This document shows, in pieces, positions 28,433-35,705 of a stretch of 35,705 nt of DNA. A model generated the notes under the pieces. That model ran no database searches. It was not told the DNA's origin and worked only from the letters and a program-made list of their open reading frames with translations. The DNA is taken from assembly GCA_016839785.1 (NCBI GenBank), contig JAEOTQ010000140.1, forward strand, positions 1 through 35,705, given 5' to 3'. The stretch's first letter is position 1. Every line of letters starts with the position of its first letter. Both the position numbers and the translations under genes were made by a program. Source of the DNA: Candidatus Hodarchaeota archaeon (GTDB lineage Archaea > Asgardarchaeota > Heimdallarchaeia > Hodarchaeales > Hodarchaeaceae).

Positions 28433-29323
28433 TTATGAAAAAGGCTTTCTTTTCTGACCTCGGATCGTTAAACCAAGAATGATCACAAGCATTAATAGAA
28501 GAATGAAACCACCAATAACATTCAAAGGTTTTTTATTGGGAATCCTCACGTTGTTGTAATCTGCTATTATTTCTTCGACAGTCAACACTCGATTGTACAT
28601 ACGAATTTCATCCATACGACCGTTAAAATTACTATTACCCTCATAGTGATTCCCAATTACCACAGGTGCAGATGTTTTGCGAACAGGAATTGAAACTTGA
28701 GAAGCCGCTACTCCCACACCGTTTATGTAAAGCCTTATATGAGAGCCATCATAAGTTCCAGTAACAAAAGTCCAGGTATTAAATTCGATTCTTTCTGAAG
28801 CAAAACACGCAACCCAATGGGGCTCTCCATCTTGGCTTAAAGTTAACACTAGCCTTTGAGAATCTGTCTAAAGCTCCAGTATATATGCATCATCTAACAA
28901 CTGATTCCTTGTACGGTATTTTGATAAAATTTGATGCCAGCTACCAGTAGTTCCATAAATGTATATCCAAGCTTCAATGGTAAAAATTTCTACATTAAAA
29001 TTTGTGTCGTTTCCACAATTAACCCAATTTCCTTGTTCAAATTCAAGAGCGGTCCCTTTAATACCCTCTATCCAACTAGAGTCATAAATTATTCCATCAT
29101 TTCCTTTGTCAGAATGATCGTAAACAATATTCCCAAATCCCTCGTCAAATGTAAGATGAAGGATAAGTTCTTCAGATGAATTACCTAAGGAAAGAGATCT
29201 ATTACTAGAATTTCTAAAAATTGAAGAGTTAATGTACGTTGAGATGAAGGTTATAGATATTATAATGAGTATTGTCGCGTTAAGGGAAAAGCTTTTGGCT
29301 CGTGTCTTGGCCAAATAATTCAC
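28433..29323 (-). CDS. Membrane-anchored LamG (concanavalin-like) domain protein, 296 codons with one in-frame TAG at 28870-28868 (recoded gene or recent pseudogene)
   Basis: ORF-track pieces 28868-29323 and 28433-28849 share a frame: ...YILEL[TAG]TDSQRLVLTL...; the N-half has TFDEG, ALEF, FTIEAWI and the C-half has TYDG...LYING, FNGRMDEIRMY, then TM + basic tail. Confidence 0.82.
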
Positions 29324-29344
29324 CTAGTATCCCATATAAGGGCT

Positions 29345-30622
29345 CTACTCAAATTTTTCATATTCGTTCTCATCAATAATCTGTTTTAAACACTGGACAA
29401 CATACCATATCTCGTGATATTTATTATATAAGGCAATAGGAGCTAATCTAATGACATTTGGGTAACGGAAGTCACTGATAACATTATAATTAATCCTTAA
29501 ACAATCACTAATGCGTCTCGCTTCCGTATCATGCTCAATGGCTACATGTCCTGATCGTTTTTCAGGATTTCGCGGGGTACCAACGTTGAAATTGTATGGT
29601 TCTCTTGAAAGTAGCTTATCAACTAGATATATTAGATAATCTGTTTGTTTAGTTGATTTTCGTCTAATATTGTGAATTCCAGCTTTTAAAGTAAGGTTTA
29701 ATGCTCCCTCAATCGGTGCTGAACAAAGAATATTAGAGCTAGAAATTTGCCATCCCCCAGCTGATTTTGCGTGATTGAAATCCAAGGACATATCAAATTG
29801 TTTTGCCTTTTCATACCCAAACCAGCCTGCTAATCCAGGTTCTTTGTCGAAATGCTTTTTATTTAGATAAAGAAATCCTGTTCCTCCTGGACCAGAATTT
29901 AAATATTTATAACTGCACCAAAACGCAAAATCCACACCCCAGTCGTTGAATTTATGAGGAATAACACCTACTGAATGGCAACAGTCCCAACCAATAGGAA
30001 TTTTCAGATCGTTTGCAGCATGTGTAATTCGTTCCATGTCAAATAGTTGTCCACTTCTGTACAAAACCGATGGTAGTAGAATTAATGCAACATCGTCATC
30101 CATACGCTTGATAATTCTTTCATCATCTATTGTACGACCGTCGTCGCTAGGTATCAGTATAAGATGCTCCTTCGGATCTAAACCTTTTAGTTTGATCTGG
30201 CTCTTCAATGCATAAATATCCGTGGGAAAGTCCAATTCATCCGCAATTATCTTAGTCCGTTTTCCTTGTTCGGGGTGATAGAAAGTACTGACAAGTGAAT
30301 GCAAGTTTATGGTTGTAGTTCCTGTTGCTACAACTTCATTTGGCTCTGCTCCAACTAGTGGAGCAGCTGCTGCTCCAAGATCTTCTCCAATATGAAACCA
30401 AGATTTATCTTGCTTAAACCAACCAAGAATGCCTAGTTCTTTCCATTCATCTATAACCCTATGAAGAGATTGTTCAGCTTCTCTAGAGAGTAAGCCTAAA
30501 GAGTTACCATCTAAATAGATAGTATTTTTCGGTATATAAAAGTGATTACGATATTCTGAAAGAGGATCGTCTGAATCCAACTGATGAGCATAGCTTTCTG
30601 AATCTTCAAATTGTTCTTTCAC
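29345..30622 (-). CDS. kynU: Kynureninase (PLP-dependent)
   Basis: YLDGNSLGL, FPTDIY, LYRSGQ, WDCCHSVG, WCSYKYLNSGPG, LAGWFG, IRLAPIALYN. Confidence 0.93.
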   Translation of the reverse strand: MKEQFEDSESYAHQLDSDDPLSEYRNHFYIPKNTIYLDGNSLGLLSREAEQSLHRVIDEWKELGILGWFKQDKSWFHIGEDLGAAAAPLVGAEPNEVVATGTTTINLHSLVSTFYHPEQGKRTKIIADELDFPTDIYALKSQIKLKGLDPKEHLILIPSDDGRTIDDERIIKRMDDDVALILLPSVLYRSGQLFDMERITHAANDLKIPIGWDCCHSVGVIPHKFNDWGVDFAFWCSYKYLNSGPGGTGFLYLNKKHFDKEPGLAGWFGYEKAKQFDMSLDFNHAKSAGGWQISSSNILCSAPIEGALNLTLKAGIHNIRRKSTKQTDYLIYLVDKLLSREPYNFNVGTPRNPEKRSGHVAIEHDTEARRISDCLRINYNVISDFRYPNVIRLAPIALYNKYHEIWYVVQCLKQIIDENEYEKFE

Positions 30623-30838
30623 GAGTTTTTCCTCATTTGTCTTCTCTACAGTGAAAAATCGAGACAGATAGATAGCAATTAAAGATTTCGCGAGAGAATT
30701 GAATAACCACTAGTTACAAAATAGGATGAAGTCCTTTTTCTATCGAACTAGATAGCTTTTTGGATCTACAAGAAAGAATTTTTAATATACATTCAGACAC
30801 CTTTAATACCAGATTAAATGTTGAATTATAAATTAAAG

Positions 30839-30846
30839 TTTATAAA
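30839..30846 (+). promoter_or_regulatory. Putative archaeal TATA box for the GNAT-thiolase-DUF35 operon
   Basis: TTTATAAA preceded by an A-rich stretch, about 30 nt upstream of ATG 30877. Confidence 0.35.
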
Positions 30847-30867
30847 AATTCGATTAAAGGTATAAAG

Positions 30868-31605
30868 TTGATAATTATGTCAGCAGATGAAGATATTTTA
30901 AGACCAAAGCCAAATAAAATAAATCCTGAGAATACCCCATATCCAGCTAAATTTATTAATTTAGTAGACGGCTCCAAGATGGTTGTTCGTCAGATTACAC
31001 GAGAAGAAACTAAAAAAGTTATTCCACTATTCTATGATATAGTAAAAATCAATAAAGATTTTTACGATCTCGTAAGTGCAAGGATTCTCGGGGAATTGCT
31101 TGCATATGTACAATATCGAGTACAGGACGAATATGTCCTACTAGGCCAGATTCATGATACAGGTGAAGTCTTGGGATTAGTAAATGGCTACTTAAGCTTT
31201 AATGATCCCAAGATTGGCATCAGCTATCATACGATGACCTTCAAACGAGGTTTACGAGTTGGAGCTCATCTTTTTGTCGCTAAGATGGAACATCATCTAG
31301 ATTATCTCCAAAATGATGAAGTAAAAATTGTTGCTGAGTCACACATCGGGTTTAGAAGGTGGATGGATGAATTACGTCTGGAAGAGAATTTCGACTTCGA
31401 ACATCCAATTGGAGGGGTTCCAAGTTACTATCTTACTCGGAAGAATTGGGAATCCTACGTTAAACCTGAACGATGTTTTGGAACAGAAAATCGACCTGTC
31501 CCTGAAGAATACATGAAAATGGTCACTGAAAATATTCTGTTACCAAAGGATGTTACCTTCCAAATCACTGGTACTCCAAAAGAAGAATTCTTGAAGGGAC
31601 TATAA
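30868..31605 (+). CDS. Uncharacterised protein, probable divergent GNAT/acyltransferase fold
   Basis: L.DG.KMVVRQ start, beta strands VLLGQ/VLGLVNG, HTMTFKRGLRVGAHLF (motif-A-like); TAATG overlap with the thiolase gene. Confidence 0.6.
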   Translation: MIIMSADEDILRPKPNKINPENTPYPAKFINLVDGSKMVVRQITREETKKVIPLFYDIVKINKDFYDLVSARILGELLAYVQYRVQDEYVLLGQIHDTGEVLGLVNGYLSFNDPKIGISYHTMTFKRGLRVGAHLFVAKMEHHLDYLQNDEVKIVAESHIGFRRWMDELRLEENFDFEHPIGGVPSYYLTRKNWESYVKPERCFGTENRPVPEEYMKMVTENILLPKDVTFQITGTPKEEFLKGL

Positions 31606-32792
31606 TGCGTGATGTTGCCATAATTGGCGTTGGAATGGGAAGCAGGTGGGGAAAATACAACGGGTCTCTCATTGAAATGATGGCGGAAGCATCTTTATCT
31701 GCGATTGATGATGCAGGAACGGATAATATCGATGCAGTCTTTGTTGCGAATATGGGAGCTGGGAGAATCAACAATCAGACAGCATTAGGTTCCGCATTAA
31801 TTGATTATCTCAATCTTTTTCCTGCAGTGGGAGCTTCTATTGAAAATGGACCCGCTTCTGGTGCTACTGCTGCACGCATTGGCTATATGGCAATTACTTC
31901 TGGATTACATGATGTTGTAATGATTACTGGTGGCGAAAAGATGCGTGTCGCCCCAGGACCCGTAGTAACTGACTTTGTTGCTACCATGGCTCATCCAGAA
32001 GCAGAGTATATCCATGGTATTACTTTTCCAAGTCTAGGTGCATTTCTTGCGCGACTATACTTCGAAAAATATGGTGTAACCTCTGAGGATCTAGCTAGGA
32101 TTGCTATTAAAAACCATCAGAATGGTTTAAAGAATCCTCACGCGCATATCCAACAAAATATCACAATGGAGGGAATCTTAACCAGTCGGGAGGCCGCATT
32201 AAACAATCCTATGATAGCGGATCCATTGCATTTGTATGATATGTGCCCCGTGACTGATGGTGCAGCATCACTTATTATGTGCTCTATGGATAAAGTTCAA
32301 GAATTTTCTAATAGTCGCTTTGTTAAATTTGCAGGAACAGGGCAAGGGATGGATACAATGGCAGTTCATGAGCGAGAAGATCCTACGTTTCTAAAAGCAG
32401 TTGATATTGCGTCAAATCAGGCGTTCAAGATGGCTGGATTGACACGCAAGGATATTGATTTTGCAGAAATCCATGATGCGTTTGAAATATTAGAACTTGC
32501 CGAATTAGAGTCCGCAGGATTTTTTGAGCGTGGAAAAGCGCATTTAGCCGTTCGAGAAGGGGAAACAGAGCTAACTGGAACTTTTCCTGTCAATACTTCT
32601 GGCGGATTAAAAGCAAGAGGTCATCCTGTTGGTGCAACTGGTGTAGCTCAATTATGCGAACTCGTATGGCAACTACGAGGAGAAGCAGGTGAAAGACAAG
32701 TACTAAATAAGCCTAAACATGGTTATGCTGTAAATTTTGGTGGATTTGGAAATAATGTGGTATCTACAATACTTTCACGAGTTGAGGAGTAA
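31605..32792 (+). CDS. SCP2-type/archaeal thiolase-like protein lacking the nucleophilic Cys
   Basis: VAIIGVG, GGEKM, KNHQNG, CPVTDGAA, EIHDAF, NTSGGLKARGHPVGATG; IENGPASG in place of VExACASG. Confidence 0.9.
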   Translation: MRDVAIIGVGMGSRWGKYNGSLIEMMAEASLSAIDDAGTDNIDAVFVANMGAGRINNQTALGSALIDYLNLFPAVGASIENGPASGATAARIGYMAITSGLHDVVMITGGEKMRVAPGPVVTDFVATMAHPEAEYIHGITFPSLGAFLARLYFEKYGVTSEDLARIAIKNHQNGLKNPHAHIQQNITMEGILTSREAALNNPMIADPLHLYDMCPVTDGAASLIMCSMDKVQEFSNSRFVKFAGTGQGMDTMAVHEREDPTFLKAVDIASNQAFKMAGLTRKDIDFAEIHDAFEILELAELESAGFFERGKAHLAVREGETELTGTFPVNTSGGLKARGHPVGATGVAQLCELVWQLRGEAGERQVLNKPKHGYAVNFGGFGNNVVSTILSRVEE

Positions 32793-32798
32793 AATACA

Positions 32799-33146
32799 AT
32801 GACTGAACATACACCTATTGGGTATAAATGCTTGAAATGTGGTAAGATCCATTATCCTCGGCATGGTCGTTGCTTACAATGCAAAAACCGAGAATTTGAA
32901 GAAGTAGCAGTTCCCACCAAGGGGAAATTAGTAACATTCACCAAGCTCAAAGCTCCTCCTTCAGGAATTGCATCCCGTTCATTGTTTTTAGGGATAATAG
33001 ATCTTGGTGAGGTAGGATATACCGGTCAACTTGATGTGGAGAATATTGATGATCTTCAGGTTGGAATGGAACTTGAAGCAACTTGGAAACAAGTCCGTAT
33101 TATCGACAATCGTGCCATTCATGGATTTGTCTGGGGGCTTCCCTAG
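32799..33146 (+). CDS. DUF35 (Zn-ribbon + OB-fold) thiolase partner
   Basis: CLKCGKIHYPRHGRCLQC, GKLVTFT, LQVGM; directly after the thiolase. Confidence 0.88.
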   Translation: MTEHTPIGYKCLKCGKIHYPRHGRCLQCKNREFEEVAVPTKGKLVTFTKLKAPPSGIASRSLFLGIIDLGEVGYTGQLDVENIDDLQVGMELEATWKQVRIIDNRAIHGFVWGLP

Positions 33147-33151
33147 ATAAA

Positions 33152-33844
33152 TCAGTCTTTTTCTTCCTCTCCATAGTTAATAATGGTGTCTACATCAAAT
33201 CGACTCGTTGTTGGAAAACGGGGAATGACATATCGGAAGAAAGTGAAATTTAACATTATAAGTGATAGTATTATTAACCAAGGGGCGATTGGAGCTAAAA
33301 AAGATGCGAAGGCAGGGAAAACAAATGCAATAAGGCTTGTAGAACAACATACTACACCACTGGCTATGGCTGAAGTACCAGCAATCGCTGTGGAAACTGA
33401 AGAGACGGCAGATTGCTGTTTTGTTTTAGTATGAGCATTTTCTCTATTTGGATTATCATGAATTTTACAGTACGGCTTTGTCGTAAACAATCCTCCATAT
33501 ACAATACCTGAAAGCAGTGAAACAGCAAATAGGCTTACACCAGGATCAAAAGGAATGAATATCTTAAGGTGGGCTGTCACATTCCATGTTAATGAGCGCT
33601 TGTCAAGAAAAAACCCCTCTTGAAGTAGAAAATTTGAAGTAATACCTCCTGTTAAGTAGATCAATGCAAGAAAGATGAGCAGACCAAGCAGACCACTAAT
33701 AAGGTAAAATTTTCCCCAAAAGCCTCTATCTAGATCAAATTCTCTTTCCTTACGTCGATGTTTAATATTAATGAGGAGGAGTGGTAATAATAGAAAAAAG
33801 ACAGAAGGAAGGGATTTTTCAATTAGGAATTTCCAATCAATCAT
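33152..33844 (-). CDS. Hypothetical membrane protein with vicinal Cys-Cys in a TM segment
   Basis: Four to five hydrophobic segments; SGVVCCSTSLIAF; 4 nt downstream of the DUF3179 gene. Confidence 0.7.
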   Translation of the reverse strand: MIDWKFLIEKSLPSVFFLLLPLLLINIKHRRKEREFDLDRGFWGKFYLISGLLGLLIFLALIYLTGGITSNFLLQEGFFLDKRSLTWNVTAHLKIFIPFDPGVSLFAVSLLSGIVYGGLFTTKPYCKIHDNPNRENAHTKTKQQSAVSSVSTAIAGTSAIASGVVCCSTSLIAFVFPAFASFLAPIAPWLIILSLIMLNFTFFRYVIPRFPTTSRFDVDTIINYGEEEKD

Positions 33845-33848
33845 GAAT

Positions 33849-35126
33849 TCACTTCATTCTCCTTATTGGCAATCTCTTTATCAAGCGATAAACCACTACT
33901 AATCCGAGAGAGAGGAGGATCATATCTAATACCAAAAAACTTGGTACTGATGATGTTGGATCATCTGAGGGTACAAAAGTAGAGAGGTAAGATACTGACG
34001 AGTTTCCAGTAAAAACTTCAAGTGTAGGATACAGAGCTGTTGCTGCAAACCAGAACGCGTTGTAAGAAGGTAGTTGCTGTAGGGTAGATCCTGCGAATGG
34101 ACCGTCAATCGCCTTTCCAAGAAAATTCCAAATTGTTCCAGTTTGATCTTGGAATACAGGAAATCCTAAAGTTTCTGATTCCGGTAAATCTACTTCTATT
34201 TGAGTAAAGTGAAGAGTAGTGTTACCATCTAACTGGTTTGGACTACTGGAGTTGTAAGCAAGAACCAATTCATTTGTAGCGTCAAAAATAAGGAATATTG
34301 ATTGATTTGAATGAATATCATTCAGTACAGGTGTCTTTTCGAGTTCTTCAAAGGGGTACAATCGGACGTTATCGTCTATCTCAAGGACAAGAGTGAGTGC
34401 TTTAACATCATACATATTGTAGGGGGCTTGATCACGCTTGAACGATGTTCGAAACCAAATATCGATCCTGTCCCGATACCCAGGATAAGGATTTGAATTG
34501 TAAGTCTCGTCTGCGTACTTACCAGAGTCTCTATCCAGGATTACCGTATCTGGGTGTAAGGTTTTCCATGCTTGCTAGGTCGTTTCAGTGATTGGTTGTA
34601 TCGGGAGTTTTTCGCCGATTCTATCTCCCTTGAGGCCAACTCCTAGCATCTGACTCCATAAACTGCCAGAGGTACGATCGTAAAACACTAAATTGTTTTC
34701 ATAAAGCTTGCCTGATGTACCCAGAGTACTGCCTCCAATGCTCGAGCTGTTATAAAGGATACCAGTTCCTGTCAAGGGACAGAAAGTAATACATACATGC
34801 TCACCGTTAAATTCATCATTGATAATTTCATGCCAGTTAAGCATATCTCGAGGATATGCCCTTGCTTCTCCATTGATGACAACTCCGAGGACATATAGAC
34901 TATCTAGATCACCAGTATATTCTGTTTCGAATTCCGTGATTTCTAGGAAACTAGGATTCTCCACCGCAGGAATGCCGTCAGGTGGAGGACCACCCCCAAC
35001 TATTTCATCACAGGGAACTAGACAATCCTCTGCTTTCGCCATCGTGATCAAAGAGACTGTTAGGATAAGTAGAGAAGTTATCACTAGGATTTTTGTATAA
35101 AAAATTGGTTTTTTTTGGTTTCTCAT
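33849..35126 (-). CDS. DUF3179 family secreted, membrane-anchored protein, 425 codons with one in-frame TAG at 34577-34575 (recoded gene or recent pseudogene)
   Basis: GGPPPDGIPA, ARAYP, WHEIIND, TFCPLTG, SGKLYENNL, YDR..SLWSQ, then ETT[TAG]QAWKTLHPDT...NPYPGY open into ORF 33849-34415 (GTIWN..G, FWFA, TM + basic tail). Confidence 0.85.
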
Positions 35127-35351
35127 ATCTATAACGACTTTTTAGGGATTTCTACAGGATGTTCTAACATTCAAAGTTTTATATGCCTCCCTGAAAGATA
35201 TTCGCAATTATTTGACTTCCATTACCCATGTCAGAAGAATGTATTAGTTAATCGTAAATTCGAAAGCAGTAGAATTTCCGATCAGTGAAATTAGAGGGTA
35301 ATATCCTATCCCTATTCTATCTTACCATATGAATTTTCGATGCGTTGTTCA

Positions 35352-35705
35352 TCAAAATTGAGGGAGGTATTTCTTATGAGCACTAAGGTAATCATCTAGC
35401 ATCTTTTCTGCAAGCGATAAATCTGGATACATTAGTGCAAAAGCTTGAAGTGCTGCTACTCTATCTCCCGTGATAGAGGCTCTAGTGATTAATTTGGCTA
35501 TTGAAATCTCCCTTTGACACAGGGTCGCAATGCCTTCAGGGAGCTTACCTACTTTCATACCTGAAACTCCAAATGAGTTTATAAGAGCAGGAACCTCTAC
35601 AATGGCATCATCAGGAAGATTAGAAATTGCACCATTATTCGGAATATTAACTGCCTGTTCGTAGGTATTGGAATTGGTGAGTAGTTCCCCGATAACAGCA
35701 TCTGC
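35352..35705 (-). CDS. Glycoside hydrolase family 4 (alpha-galactosidase/glucosidase), C-terminal part; 5' end outside the window
   Basis: Open from the window edge: AVNIPNNGAISNLPDDAIVEVP...ALQAF...HKKYLPQF. Confidence 0.85.
   Translation of the reverse strand, partial: ADAVIGELLTNSNTYEQAVNIPNNGAISNLPDDAIVEVPALINSFGVSGMKVGKLPEGIATLCQREISIAKLITRASITGDRVAALQAFALMYPDLSLAEKMLDDYLSAHKKYLPQF

Noticed and set aside
2100-35100. Numerous 60-120-aa ORFs overlapping identified genes (e.g. 2814-3104, 11096-11404, 13709-14068, 19168-19500, 24477-24797, 34819-35100)
   Set aside because: Antisense or out-of-frame shadows of well-supported genes, with no motifs.
33849-35126. Selenocysteine recoding in DUF3179
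   Set aside because: The interrupting codon is TAG, not TGA, and lies at a Trp position; the redox-motif Cys is already encoded as Cys.
1-35705. Complete reassignment of TAG to a sense codon
   Set aside because: Four genes end at TAG at or near plausible family C-termini (8484, 16039, 29345, 33144), read-through at 33144 would run antisense into the next gene, and internal TAGs are rare. Only conditional recoding remains plausible.
1-35705. CRISPR arrays, rRNA, transposases, prophage or diversity-generating retroelement
   Set aside because: No regularly spaced repeats, long GC-rich non-coding tracts, DDE/integrase/RT motifs or template/variable repeat pairs were seen by eye.

Overview
AT-rich, gene-dense chromosomal window from an archaeon, very probably an Asgard archaeon (Heimdallarchaeia/Hodarchaeales-like). 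This is inferred from a Roadblock/LC7 protein, a non-prenylated Rab-like GTPase, NucS/EndoMS with a PIP-like tail, tungsten AOR, a thiolase-DUF35 pair, kynureninase, and archaeal TATA/GGTGA signals. There are about 33 genes, mostly metabolism, transport and DNA repair/modification; I see no rRNA, tRNA, CRISPR or transposase. The main signal the ORF track hides is that two secreted, C-terminally anchored proteins (LamG, 28433-29323; DUF3179, 33849-35126) are each one uninterrupted frame broken by a single in-frame amber TAG, one at a position normally occupied by Trp. This is either conditional UAG recoding/editing or recent nonsense mutation/sequencing error. Global TAG reassignment is unlikely because 4 of 32 genes appear to end at TAG. 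Other highlights: a GNAT-like + Cys-less thiolase + DUF35 operon, a class II CCA-adding enzyme coupled to a radical SAM-HhH fusion, an HACL-like/AOR catabolic cluster, an orphan m6A methyltransferase, a stand-alone PhnN-like kinase and an 85-nt inverted-repeat element. Family assignments come from motif recognition by eye, not database searches.
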